The notes under the pieces: model-generated
Databases searched by the model: none
Told to the model about the DNA's origin: nothing
The model's input: the letters and a program-made list of their open reading frames with translations, nothing else
Translations under genes and position numbers: made by a program
Shown here: piece after piece, positions 48,101-61,301 of the stretch
Position numbering within the stretch: the stretch's first letter is position 1
Layout: each line of letters begins with the position of its first letter
NCBI GenBank assembly: GCA_040954595.2
Contig: CM082580.2
Location: 10,890,390-10,954,389, forward strand
From: Balanoglossus misakiensis
Taxonomy: Eukaryota > Animalia > Hemichordata
Direction: 5' to 3'
Length of the DNA: 64,000 nucleotides

Positions 48101-51100
48101 AACTGATGTGTAGCTACCCCTGATACTATGACAAGCATGAATTGACAACTCTGACTTACTTGTTAAGATATCTCTCTGATGCAGACTTTGGTTGATGAGA
48201 CTGCCAAGCAGAACCTGCAACCTGGCTCTGGTGTGTGACGTCAGGAAGTGATCGCAGTTGTCATGGAGTACGCTGAGGTATTGGTCCAGACGGGCTTTGT
48301 GGCTCTCACTGCAACAACAAGCATTACAGACAGTGTGAGGTGTTAGAGCTGCTGATGGACATAGCAACACAGAGTTAAAACTGATGCAAGCTTGAGTCAC
48401 ATAAAAATAACTTTTGATGGGAACCATATTCTCGTCAAAAACACTGAAAACATAGCAAAAAGTTACAGCTAATGGAGCTTTAAATAGTGTGATTCTCACC
48501 TAAGTACTTTTAGCTCCTCTTTACTGTCCTTGGCTCTCAAAGCGTACAGTAAGTCTCTCTCCCAGAACAAGGCCTCGGTGATCACAACAACCTGCGCCGG
48601 GAATCTGAGCAGCCAATGTCTGTAGCTGTGCTTGACAGCTTCTGTCAGTCTCTCCTTCTCTTTGCTCTCTTCCTGCTCCAGTTCCAACTCCCCGAGTTCT
48701 TCCAGAATCTTCTCCGGGAAAGACAGACCTGAGAAATGGAGCGATTCATTACTTTATCCCGTTCGAATAACATTGCTTCCAATGTGGTCAGATCCACATG
48801 TCTGAAACTGCGGCAATGATTTAACTCACCATCATTCAGTCTTGTCTCAACGCAGGCTCTCAGCATGTTACCCAAAGTCGTTTTCATATTCAGCTCCAAC
48901 GCCACCAGCCACTGACTGACATCAGACTTGGCCTCCACGGGTTTCACCAGTCGGACGGACTCGCCAATCTCACCTTCGATGGTCACCACCTGCAGCTTAT
49001 CGGCTGTAAAAACACAAATGGACACATCCTCAGGACTTGCAAAGCAGAACACGTATCTCTTTTTAATTTATCATTTGTGGAACAAATCACCTTGGCCCAA
49101 CACTCTGCATTGTATGCTTTAAATAAAAAAAAGCCATGCATTTATTAGCCAGGGAACATGCATTTTCAACCAAAGCTTCTGCAAAAACCTCATGTGGCAA
49201 CTTAATGTCTGAAAAAAATTAAAATTTCAAGGGATAATGCTTTTCATTTATTTATTTATTTTAAGTAGTACACTGCGCCCATGATGCCCTATTTGATTTA
49301 CGTTTAACCACAGATCTCCCTTAAGAGTCTAAATTTAAAATGCAGTGATAAAAATATCCCAACATATTTAATGCAGTAAACATCAATTATGTTTAAAAAG
49401 TTTCTTTTTAATCATCTAAATGTGTTTTTTTTTGGACATCACGATACAATATTGACTTCTGAATTTTTTCAGAGAGACCCATACATTTGTAAGATCTAAG
49501 AATGCCGCATTTGAATGACTGTCACGTTATGTACTGAACTACATTCTGGAATAACCAAGTCCAAGGCTTTGCATCCTGAAATTCTTCTCCCAAAGCATAC
49601 ATGAATTGCACACACCGCTTCATCAATATCAAACTCTTAAAATTAGCAATTTTGAAAACAAAGCCTTTTCAAGTTCTTTTTTTATCCTTTGCTGCAAAAC
49701 AGAAAACACAGTTAGTCTTCAAGGATTTACCATTGTGAGATTTATCCACAGAAGTACCAGGTCTACTTAAATCTTCAAAAAGTAAAAGACGGGGAAAGAA
49801 AGTTAAGACAAATTAAGAGAAATAAAGGACAAAAATACATATAAAAACATCCAGGTGAAACAGTAGACAAGAAAAGACAGCATGCATTGGTGAAGAGACA
49901 AACCTTGGGTGTTTCAAAATACATGATGACATTATTGGGTATACAAAGTTATACTTATTGGAAAACAAATTTACCTTTTGATCAATTTTAATTCATTCTG
50001 AGCCACATTGTTATCATATTTATGATTAAAATGCTGACAGACAATAAGAGAGAGAAGAATAGCCACTACGTACCATGAAGAGCTAAATCCAGAGCTGTGT
50101 TCCTTCTGTCCGATTCCGGTCGTGGCGGGAGAGAAAATCCCAGAGACTGAATTCCTGGAAAGCATTTGCGGACATACGGCAGCCACCCCTTGGTATTCCT
50201 GGATATTGACACCATTTCCACAATCTGCTCGTTGCCAAGGAAGAACAGCCTTGGGAACTGGTTCCGGATGTTGTCCACTGTCACATCCATGGATTTGAGG
50301 ATTTCCTCCTGTTGGTGGCGGAAAAGTTGGAAATGGATTCTTTTGTGGATAACATGGTGCAATGTATGCAACTTGAGAATGTTGCCCTTCATGGCTATTT
50401 CAAGAGTTGGTGACAGGGCCCTTTCAAAATTGTTAGCCCCAAACCTTCTGACAGGTGGCACTTCTCAATATTCATGACATGATATGTGATTAGTGCCATC
50501 AACCAATCCCCTGCCAGCATGTACTCACCATCTTTCTAACGAGTGTCTGGAAGACGTTCTTGAGAGCGTCTCCTTGAAGTTCTCGCCATCCTTTCTGACC
50601 TTTTCTCTTCGGCAAAATGGACAGCACTTTGGGATCGCCGACCACACTTTTCATAATCTCCTGAAAAATATCACAAACGACCACAGTTTTTGTTACCTTT
50701 AATACATGATAAAACCCCACCATTCCTAACAGAGTCCTTGACAACCCAGTACATTAACTCAGATAAGAGTGCATTCATGCTGATCAGACTTGGTGGACAG
50801 TTTGAAGGCGCTCTGGAGATATACATGGTTAGAAGCATAACTGTTCAAAACGACAGGCTCACCTGAAACTTCAAGTCCACATCTTCAAACTTGATGGCCT
50901 GTTCTGGCATTTGTTGCACCATCTCGGGGTCACTGAACACTTTACTTAGGTATTGCCACTGCAGGACAGAAGGCAAAAAAAGCATATGTGAGGCCCTGAA
51001 AGTTTCCATTCAACTTTTACTCGACCAAACGGAGTGCATGCATGTATGTAGCATTCTATTTTCAGACAAGAAATACCTTGGATTGACATGTGATCCATAG

Positions 51101-54100
51101 ATCTATCATATCTTCAATCTGTTGTAGGATATTTGCCCAGTATTCGGCTTCTGATCGGAGCTCAGCTAGATAAGGAGATCCTATCATGGTCTGGATGGTG
51201 ACTTGGTTGTCCTGAAGATAATAAGATGACAATTACAATTAGTTGGTTCTGAGTACAGGAATTTTTAACCCAACTACTGCTGATGTGACCAGAATAAAGG
51301 ACAAAATTCAAAATCTACAAAATTCTCGTCATGTAGATTTGATCAGTACCACACCCAACATACCTGCAGCTGATATTTCAGCTCATCGTATCGTGTCAAA
51401 GTGTACATATCCGGCATGGTGTTGCTGTACAGTTCTTCCTCTCGGCTGTGTTTGGCTTTCCGTCGCCCTTTTGCACTTGCTGTTTCTATGGAAACGCAAA
51501 AGAATATATACACCCGTGCCTTAAACCATCTAGAACAGTCTGTGTAGCAATCTATCTTATGAACACATACAGGTGTATTCAATTTCAAAACTGTATATAG
51601 ACAATCTATACTGGTATATTACATGCATACTTATACAGACAGACAGAGAGACAGACTGAGAGAACAGAAAGAAAAACAGACAGACAGGCAGACACACCTA
51701 CAATGTATCTAACTACCCTACCCACAACACAGACACAAACCCATACACCACAGAATTCTATCTAAAGCACCAACCTTTCCTCTTATGCCTGAAAGCTGGG
51801 ATATGCTTAGCTAGCTGTAGCTCTTTCTCTTCCCACATCTTCTTGAGTTTGTTCAGCGATTGTTCCAAGGCAAACTCTGCCACGGCACCGCTGCATATTG
51901 TGTTGATCAGAAGACTGTGTTCATTGAGATTAAACGCCAACAGATCGGCCACCGTGTAGTGCATCCCACTCTGGTAGATTTGTCCCATACCAACAAACAG
52001 GGCTTTCCAATGACGTAGCTACAGATGAAAAACAAAAAATGCTTGTCAGATCCTTTTCTGTCATGATATTTGGGTGACGGCAAAAATGATATATTCGAAG
52101 TAATGTTTGATCTGGCTACAATTGATTAAATAATTTCACTTATCAGAAGAAAAAAACATTCTTATCCATAAGCTTGCACATCTGAAGCAATGAGCACCAT
52201 CTTACCTTGAGTGAATCACTCGACAGTTTCTGCAACAGTGGCAGATCTTGTTTGAAGTCGTTCAGCAACTTGTACCAGTGAGCGAGTACTTTGTCTCCCT
52301 GTGGAAGGTGATCTTTGAGCTGACCTGCAGCGTGTTGCCATTCGGTGATCTTCTCCATCGCTTTGTTCACATTGAACTGACAGAAAATCAATGGAAAATG
52401 GGATTTTTGCATCGATTTGCTCGCAGTAATTATTATCTACCTTCCGCTAAATATTGCATGTTAGAAAGATGATGTAATTTTAGAAGGCAGCCACCACACA
52501 TGCAGAATTTCAGATTTTTTTCTTTCAAATTACCTTCCTGAATAGCTGTCTTATCCAGTCTTGGATGGCAAAGGTGGAGACTTCCACATACTTCCAGAGT
52601 TCACCCCGGATTTCCATCTTCTGCAGCATTCCATTCAGATCGGAGATATCGTAGGGCTCCCCCAGGATGGCTTCTCTGTAGCTGCTGTATTTGATCATCT
52701 GTGTCTGTACTGTGTGGAACTCGTCACGCAACTGGAGATATGAAGAATAAATCAGTACATTTTAATAATCGTCAGTGACTGATGGGTGAATTGAAAAATA
52801 TTATTTCAATTTCAAAATGAAAGTGTTACCTTCTTCATGAAGAGAAGCAGTTGAGTTGGATTTTGCGTCGGATCAAGGAATGGCCCGGTGGTTGCGCTAC
52901 GACAGATTCTCTCTGCTGCTCCGGTCAAATCCTAGCGACAAAAAAAAAATCAAGAAAGCCAGAATATGACACTGTTCTGGTCTTCCACAATCTCACAGTC
53001 TTTTTACTAACATATCATCACATGGCTGTGTTGTCATGGTGTCTGATGTGGGTGCCAGAAGTGAGACTCTTTGAAACATTGTTTTTGGAGAAAACACAAT
53101 CACAGAAAATGTTATTTGAGACCACTCACTTCAAAGGTGTCTTCCAACTCCTGTGTTTTGATCGGTGTCTGTGTATTGACGAAGTCTGACGCATCTTGCA
53201 GCTGCAGAAGAAATGCTTCCCACGACTGCCAGACTTTCTCTTCGTGTTTCTCCTCATCACTCGTCAATGCTCTGTAACTGAGCCTGATCACCTACAATGA
53301 AAGCAACGTTCTTATAGTCTCATTTTCTTAACTTCTTAACTTGTGTGTGTATGTGTGGGGTAGGGTGGACAGGTGAAGCAAAGGACACCAGTAATGCCAA
53401 ATGCATGTGCGCCATGCTATCAAAGTTTACAATCTCATTTCAATTTTCATATGAAACATAACACTTGGAATGAAATTGCTGTTTGACTGAGACTTACTTC
53501 AAATAGAGACTTGATGTACTCCACCTCGGACTGCAAGGCTGCCATTTTGTTTTTGTACGTGATATACTGTTTGGCGTATTCTGCAAAGGCCTCGATGTCT
53601 GTGTTCTTCTCTTTCATGCCCTGTCGTGCAAAATCAACGTGAAATATAATCAGGATTCACACAAAAGTCACTCAAGATTCCAGGACTTTCCAAGACCTTT
53701 TCTGATGTTTTTTTCCAGGAGTTTTTGAGTTTTTAAATTTTGAGGATCTGAATCCTACCTTGATAACACCCTGCACCTCATTAGAGAATGCCACAGACAA
53801 ATTCTTGGCTTGATTGGCGGTGTAATTCAACAGATCTCTGAAGGCGCCAGTCAGACCCGGTACAATGTCGTCTTGTATGGCCCCACAGTCTACATACAGC
53901 AGACCATTCTCAGACACAAAAAACCGCATGACGTTTTTCACCTTCTCGGTCCACCCACGGATTTCACCAAGTTTTGTCTTTTAAAAAAAGATATCAAATT
54001 CATGTTAGAACAATACACACACGTACGTTAATCAATCAATCTGGTAAATTCACATTATTTCTTCCACATTAGATACTTTTTTCAGTCACTTCCCCAGCCA

Positions 54101-57100
54101 TATGTTCCACTCACCTCGATGGTGTAGGCTTCAGCCCTCTTGTACGCGGTGCAAGACCTTGGTGACCAACTTCTGACAAATTTGTGGATATCTGCAAGCC
54201 ACGTGTGATCCTCGCAAAACTGATCCACGTCAGCCATGGCTGACTGCACAATACCCTTGTGTAGGGTTAAGTATTCAGAGACTTTTTCACTGGAATGGAT
54301 AAAGGAAAACCAGTTCAGCTACAGTGCGAATTCTCATAATCATGGTGATGTTGTCAGATGGTTTTTCGGAAAATGGAGAACGTTAATACTAGAGGTGATA
54401 ACTTACTCATTGGAGAGCTTATCAGCCAGGTTACCCTTGGAGAGAGGACTGTACTGGCCCATGAAACCCTGTCCACCTATTAGCATCTCTGTACTCGGAC
54501 GCAGACACAGATCCGGTGTGGCTACTCCCAGATTGTCCTGTGACTTGGTGGCTTCAACTGCAATACACAGACAGACAGAAGAAGTTTCAGCTTTCAATAG
54601 ACTTAACTCTTTCACCCAGGGTTAAGTTTTAGACACTGTTTTACTGTACCCAGAAACGCCAAAGATTACCTGGTGGTGGTATGACTGGCTGAACTATGGT
54701 GTCTGCTGATCGACTCTCTGTTGTTCTCGACTCTGTTGTCAGCAATAGGTTGGTTGTCTTGGATGCAGTGCCATCCATGCGAGTGCTGTGAAAATGGGGA
54801 GACAGAAATTAACAATCAAGTTTTGCTTCTTGTTTGCATTCACAGATTTCATGTGGTGAGTCACATCCCATATAAACAGACGTGTGAATTCGGGTGGACA
54901 CAATGATCTTCGAGAAACACCTCTGAATGGTACATGAACAAGCTTGTCAATACCATGCAAGTCAAACAAAACAAAACTGAACACAATCTAATATGATATA
55001 ACACATACACCAGAGTTAGCATACACATAAACCATGCAATAGACAAGGCTGAATGTATATTCCAGAGTATCCATATATCATGGAATATACAGATCTCCCT
55101 GAATAGACATGCATAATCTGGTCATACACATGCATTGACAGCTTTGAAAGCACATTACAAGCAGACTGCAATGAAAGCATTGTGAAATACCTGCTCGGCG
55201 ATGAAGACTCAGATCGATCTGATGTAGCTGTGGCATTCCTTGGACTAAATGCAAAGCGGTGAAAATTGATGCAGAAAACGAAACAAAATAAATTAAATAA
55301 AGAGGTGCATTTAAGGATGTACGTTCAGTAAAATTGAAAGTATTGTCATTTTTTTTAATTGTGGATTTTTGGATTCTCCTTTGTATGTATAATGAAAATC
55401 CGTAATAAAATATATGGGTCACCGCGCTTGTTTTTGAAATACAGAGCCATGAATTTAGTCGATAATAGAAGAAAACTGCTGACTCAGCATTTTTCACCAA
55501 TGGTTTGTCTATGGGCAAAATTTTTGACGCAATTTATCTCAAAATAGAGCGCGGTGACCCCTATATTTTATTTGACCAATGAATTTATATTTGCTGGACT
55601 GAGCTATGTGTAAAATTTCATGAAAATGACAATAGTAGAAGTTTGTTTTCTAGCAATTTTCAATGTAATCCTATGGGAAAAAGGCCGGGCGCGCACTGCT
55701 TCCGGTTTATGTTCTGCGCGTACATCCTTAACACAAAAGCAGCATGTTTTTTTTAATTCTCAGTAATCATTTGAACCCTGTTCAGTGAAAATTGTGCATG
55801 ATATCAAAGGTCACTCTGGGGTTTAGGATTCAAAAGGGTCAGGAAAGGCATCTCAAAATTGTACTACATTATGCCTAAAATGTAACTTGTGCATGATGCC
55901 AGAGAGAGCATAGAACCAAACCACAAATGTGTGAATGTGCATAAGAATTGTGATGGCAATGGCTTGAAATTTTTGTGCAATTGTAAACTTACGATGCAGC
56001 TAACATGCTTTAAAATACAAGCAGTCATCTGTCATTTCATATAGCATATCACTGCTGTTGCAAATGAAATGAATTTACACATACACACAAACACATACAC
56101 ATTAGAGCTGATGATTGAGTGAATCAATGCACAGCGTCTGACAACCTGTCCTGACTCACCTCTCTGATTTATTGGTGGGTGATGACGGGGCCTGTGCCAC
56201 AACATCCATGGGTTGTGCCATCTCGCAGAGTACAATGGGAATGTTGTGAAGAATTTCTGATATGGATTTTCCAATCTTCTCCTTGGACGGATACAAGGTC
56301 AACACACCTGTGGGAAATTCATTACAAGATGTAAGTTTTGCATTGAAGGGAAAGCTGTATAGTGTATTATCAAAAAGAGAAACTGCAATCTAAAAATATC
56401 TGAAACTTTCCATGATGGACAAGCACACTATAAATGCTTACTTTTTGCTGTAAATATAAGTTTTGCTTTGAAGAGGGCGTCTCTATTGGCTTCTTGGCCG
56501 GCCTGCATGGTCACTCCAACAAACATACTGACGTTCGCTCTGGCAAGGGCCACTAGATGAGCCAGTAACATTTGATCGACCAATCTCACAAAATTGCCAA
56601 GTTTGCTGTAAAGAGAACAGAAGGCATAGGTGTAAAATGAAATGTGATTGGCAGTTAATGAGCAAACTTTTGCATCAGATGTAAAACAGAAAAAGTTGAA
56701 AGAACAAACGGGACTTACCCAGCTTCCTCTCTGGCCAGTTTCAAGTTTTCTTCTCTTTGCTCTTTCTTTACCCTCTGTATGTAGAGGGACTCTTTGGACC
56801 TGGAAATTCACAATGGTACATGGTTACAGGAATGCATGCATGTCCTTATCCAAGTAATCATCAATTTGCAAAGTTAGATTCAACTAATGCACTATCCGTC
56901 TATCTATCCGTCCAGCCATCCCTCCCCTTCTTCCTCCTGTCTTTCCATCCATCCATCTATTTCTCCCAATCACTTGATTCTGATCTGATAACAAAATTCA
57001 AGACTTACACGACTGTCTTTTGGTGTCTGGCTTGGGTTTCACAGAATTTCAGCTTTTCAAATGTCTGCTCACAGGTCATATCAACCACAAGCTTACAATA

Positions 57101-60100
57101 ACTATACAAAGAAAACAAAGACGAATGTTGATTCATTGAGTGTTCCAGAGAGAACGAGACATCAGAATGACATAGTGTACATACAAAAATACAGCTTGTT
57201 ATAAATTGTGATGGTAGATTTATCATGGTCAGTGTGATAGTGTCATTCAATTACAGGTACTTACTTAAAGAATTTCTCAAGAAGGGTTTCAGCTGCTTTC
57301 TTTTTATTCATAACAATTTGTTCAAATTGTACAAGGGAGTAACATTGCCTGAAATGAAAGAAAATGGAGTTCATTAATGTTATGATCCAGCGATTTTTAA
57401 AAGGTCTTGGACTGTTTGGTTCAAAATTGAATATTGACAAATGTCATCAATCGTCTCAAATCGTGAGAGTTTTGGTGAAGTTGCGAGTCACAAGCTTAAG
57501 AAAAGTTAGTTCTTTAAAGATGCACTAAAAATCTGAGGAAAACTTACGTGAGTTCTACAGGAAGAAACTGGATAGTTCCAAGCTCTTGCAACAATTTTGA
57601 CAGCTGAAGGAGTGCAGCACCAAAGCTTGGCACGTTGCTGATGAGTGTGTTATCAATATGATGCCGAATTCTACAATATTCATTGAATACCATGTTTGCC
57701 TTCCAACTGAAAAAAATGAAATTGTATAAAAAAAATTATTATCTTGGTACTTAAATTCTAATTTTCTCAGACAACAACCTCTCATGTATATGGTCACATC
57801 ATAGTCATTCTCTCTTGTCATATAATATTGAAAATATCCTGTAAACACAGGCCCTCTTCTACTATGGACATCTGTCTGGAAATATGTTCTTAACAATTCA
57901 AGGCATGATAGAAACACATATTGAGTGGTGTATACCTGTTGAAAGCTTTCCTGACAAGGAACTGTTTGAAGAAAGGCAACTTAGTGATAGCACTCCACAA
58001 GACACACTCTCGGTGCCAATCATGTAGTGTCATTGTCTCCGATGGTTGATTCTTGTAGACGTGCAAGACACCAAAGCATGACATCACCCAGTGTTCATTT
58101 GGATCAGCCTGGAGAGAGAAGGTCGTTTAGTTAGACATTGCAAACATGGTAAAATGAGAAATACTCAAGGCAGAAACTTAGGAAAACATAATGAAATTGA
58201 TGAAATTTACCTTGTGCTTGGGTACAGCAATCAAGTCATATGGCCGGAAATATCTGGAAGGTGCCTTGTTCAAGTACATGAATTTGACTTCACCAAGGTG
58301 CCTCCCTTTGCCGAACATTTCCACCACTTCCTTTCCAGTTAACGGCGGCTGATCGCGCTCCTACAAGTAAAAGAAAAGAATTTTGTAGTGATAGATCTTA
58401 GGAACAGATGTATTACACACAGGTACTAGGTGGTCTGCCATCTCATTTTCAAATGTTCAAATTTTCTACAGCCAGAGAGTATGCTAGTGATTTCACATTT
58501 GAAATGATGTGGTGGTTATGTGGGGGTCTTACCTCCTCAGCTTCCTCGCTGACTGTGTAGCCCTCTTTGAAAAGCGCTGGATCCACAGGCCACGTCTGTG
58601 AGTCCCTCGTTGACACTTTCTCTCCATCTTCTTTGGAGTCAGGTGTCGGCTGTGGAAGAATAGAAGTGAAAAGATAAAGATAGAAACACATGCGTGTGGT
58701 GGATAGAATGAAATAGATAGAATAAAAGAATGTGTTGCGATACTTTACAGTACGTACCAAACCAGGTAGATCTGTGTCCATAGCCTGTGCTATCAAACCA
58801 AACCCTTCACTCCACACAGCCTCTCCTGGTTAAAGAAAAACAAAAACAGCAGGTAAAATAACGATTCCAAACTGAAGTAACATGCAGGGCAATGGGATTG
58901 AAAGAGGGGGACACCATAGATACTTACGTTTCGCAGTTTCTGCAACAACTGCTGGGAGAGATTTGGCAAGGTCTCCAAAGTTCAGAGCTCTGGGTTTGAC
59001 TTTGTCAACATCATCCTACAGTAATGAAGAAAACAACATGAGATGGAGGATTGTTCATGATTTGACAAGATCGAACACTTGTCCCACCTTGCAAGTATAC
59101 ACAATGATATTCCTATGAAAGCAGATGAGCTAATTTACCTCTGATGCATAATTTTACTTACATGACGTTCAAGAACGAACGGGTTACTGCCATTGGGCAA
59201 TTTCATCGGTGACGGAAATGATCGTCGAGGTGATGAGACTGCTATCTGTGGTGGTGTGGGTGTTCGGTAGTTGCGACTATTTCCTCCAGTCTTCTGCATC
59301 CTCTCAAACTCCTGGCAAGAATCAAGAAAAGTAAGGCAGAGCTTAGTGCTTGTTCTAAACTAAGTTGGAAGGGTCTAACGATTCACTGATTTAATCAGTT
59401 TGTACAAACAGTGATCCCTTTTCAGGTTTTAGCTTCCAAGTGTATCTTTCTCTGAAGAGTAATTCATTAATCCTGGTTTTACCTTTGGAAATGCAGCTGT
59501 CATTTTATCAAGTAAGGGGATGTCAAACAGTTGTTTTTTGTGGGTTTGTGTGCAGGAGTACAGTCTTTCCAGATAATGTGTCACCTGTAAAATGAAGACA
59601 GAAAAGGAAAGACAAAAATTTTCTATTTTGTTATGACTTTTTAATACATACTCAACACAAATGTCTTTGAGGCACATATTTTCACTTCCTGTATTCCTCA
59701 GAAATAACGACATCATCTGAGATCAGCAAATATTGCTATTTTTCCCATTCCTCACCTGCTGGTCTCCTCGTAAATGTTCCGCATATGGTGTAACCAACGT
59801 AAAAACTTCACACAGATACATCCAGGTTGGATGACTGAAACAGAAAACAATACAAACCAAACAAATGATTTATCTTAAAAAGTACTACAATCCCTCTCAT
59901 TAAAATAAATTGCATAACTACATATACATATTTGCCTTAAAAAATGTTTTATCAAATGATGTTTTCTCAAACAATTTTCCTTATCAAAACAAAGAAACAA
60001 AATACTCACGTGTCCTGCTGCAATGCTGTGATGCAAACAGTGACAAACTCCTGGACAAGCTCCCTGACATCTTCATCTCTCACAATGTCTCCTCTTTTCA

Positions 60101-60278
60101 CACTGTCATTAATTCGTGCCCTGACATCAACAGCCCAGTAAGCTGCTTGCTGGGTTGGAGACAGGCTCTTCGGGATGGCAGGGGTGGTGGGCGAACTTGA
60201 TACCAAGCTACCACTGTCTGATATCAGTGGTAATTTACGCACTACTGGATGGATCGCCTCCCCGTGAGTTGCAGACAT
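25943..60278 (-). CDS. DNHD1: Dynein heavy chain domain-containing protein 1-like (divergent axonemal dynein heavy chain), multi-exon gene
   Basis: Exons follow dynein order: N-tail (YLNKAPSRYFRPYDL, EHWVMSCFGVLHV..SETMTLHDWHRECVLW..LPFFK), linker (RNQFPRLFFLGNEQIVEM), AAA1 (YEYEYNGPTSRLVMTPLTDRC, GPACTGKS), AAA2 (GASGSGKS, KWIVLDG..WVDNMNTLLDEQKKLCVNNGEQI), AAA3 (GPPGVGKT, FLDDLN, RLWCHEVTRTYFDRL), AAA4, stalk/MTBD (SFAAGSLCRWVHAVY), AAA5 (WPLLVDPDKQA), AAA6 (GDWVVLNNCHL), C-end (GLHLHNALWD, CPV, LPC..CQQRRVY). The N-tail block and CxQRRV end match DNHD1 as I recall it. The ATG at 60278 is the probable start. Confidence 0.85.
33706..33747. repeat. 15-bp tandem repeat CATTTCCATACTCCA (~2.8 copies), intronic
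   Basis: Directly visible. Confidence 0.85.
40075..41030 (-). CDS. DNHD1: AAA3 module exons of the DNHD1-like dynein
   Basis: PVLLTGPPGVGKT; LFFLDDLN; GGAYDRQ..FIAAA..IHPRLARMF. Confidence 0.9.
40781..40872. mobile_element. ~90-bp piggyBac-like MITE (TTAA-CCCTTTCACC...GGTGAAAGGG-TTA)
   Basis: Perfect 10-bp TIR starting CCC inside TTAA/TTA(T); homologous copies elsewhere in the window. Confidence 0.65.
41075..41232. repeat. Degenerate (CCAT)n/(CCAR)n simple repeat, intronic
   Basis: Directly visible low-complexity tract. Confidence 0.7.
42633..43615 (-). CDS. DNHD1: AAA2 module exons of the DNHD1-like dynein
   Basis: GIVLVGASGSGKST; LFGSY..TGMWREGI; KWIVLDG..WVDNMNTLLDEQKKLC. Confidence 0.9.
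43329..43422. mobile_element. Second copy of the ~90-bp TTAA MITE, inverted relative to 40781
   Basis: TTAA at both ends; core CACCACT.TGGTT...TTCTATGGTAA..TTGGACCTCTA matches the reverse complement of 40781-40872. Confidence 0.65.
44480..47630 (-). CDS. DNHD1: AAA1 module exons of the DNHD1-like dynein
   Basis: Walker A GPACTGKS (47410-47433), Walker B region WLIWDNADR (47130-47156), sensor-I region CFMTLN and RPVAMVKPD (44560-44800). Confidence 0.85.
45079..45116. repeat. (TG)n microsatellite in a dynein intron
   Basis: About 19 uninterrupted TG units. Confidence 0.95.
48041..48100. mobile_element. Partial copy of the same MITE family
   Basis: CACCACCATGGTTCAGTCCAAACCCAGTGTTTTCTATGGTAAGGCTGGAC matches the family core. 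Confidence 0.55.
55311..55731. mobile_element. ~415-bp Kolobok-like MITE in a dynein intron
   Basis: TTAA-GGATGTACG ... CGTACATCC-TTAA: TTAA duplication with a purine-purine-start TIR, as in Kolobok. Also an internal inverted pair ATATGGGTCACCGCGCT / AGCGCGGTGACCCCTATAT. Confidence 0.7.
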
Positions 60279-60779
60279 GATTTCTGTTGCTCACTCTTCA
60301 GTGGACCTGCATCTTACATTACCGTGATCTGAATGTAAAATCATTCATGATAACAGTTTGTAACTAACAGTGGTGAGTAGATGACAGTATCACTGCATCT
60401 GCAGTAGCAAACGAGACCACAGACACTGTCGATCCTTGGGTCCCACCTCAAATTGTTGACTGTCTGCGAGTCTGCGGCATTGATCATATGTACCGCAGGC
60501 TCTTAAATCAAGCAGTGATCGCGATATATGATAACGATTTTAATGTGATGACACTGTAACTTAGTAATTAGTATGACCCCTATGGTATGATGTCGAGCGC
60601 AACCCCAGCGAAATTGCACTTTCCAGGATGCATCCGTGGAGTTTCGCGATCACTGGTTGATTTGAGACAGGGTCTGTGATCCATAAACACTAACGAGTCT
60701 ATATGTAAGCGTGCAGATTTTCGGGAAATGCCTAACTTGATCGAGTCATCAACAACATCCAACATGGACAAAAAGGACG

Positions 60780-61060
60780 CTAAAACCATGGCAACAGCCG
60801 AGTGAAGCCGTTACCGTGACGCTAAGTGAAGCTGTTACCGTGACGCTAACGAATGTAAACATTACTATTGCGGATTGTATTTCCGTAATTTTAACGACGA
60901 TCGATCAATTGCGGTAGCTTTAAAAGACTAGTGAGAATCCCTTGGAGACTATACCAACCTGAAAATGCGCCTAGGTACAACCTAAAGCAGGTTGCTCAGT
61001 GTATTTTTGAATTCACGCTAACTTCCTAGTTTTGTTGCCAGGTCGCCATTTTGAAATTTC
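60780..61060. promoter_or_regulatory. Bidirectional promoter between DNHD1-like and NSUN6 with RFX X-box-like and YY1 motifs
   Basis: Start codons are ~1 kb apart, head-to-head. CCATGGCAAC (60786-60795); 24-bp duplicated unit containing GTTACCGTGACGC (60801-60848); GTTGCC (61034); YY1-type CGCCATTTT (61044-61052); CpG-rich. Confidence 0.6.
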
Positions 61061-61301
61061 CCGTGATTCAAAGTAAAGGGAAAGCTCCCTAGGTTAGTCA
61101 AGTTAAAATACACCAGACACACTAAGCTTTTGGCAATAATTTCACAATCAGCTGTTTTCCCAAACCAGCAAGCGCTAACGTGCTAAACGTTATGTGATAG
61201 TACTGTTTGAGTTATTGGTTAAGTCATAGAGGTCAGTGTAAATGAGAAGACCGAGTTTTTATGTCTTTATTTGTAGGTCTTCAAGCTCACACCACGTTAA
61301 A

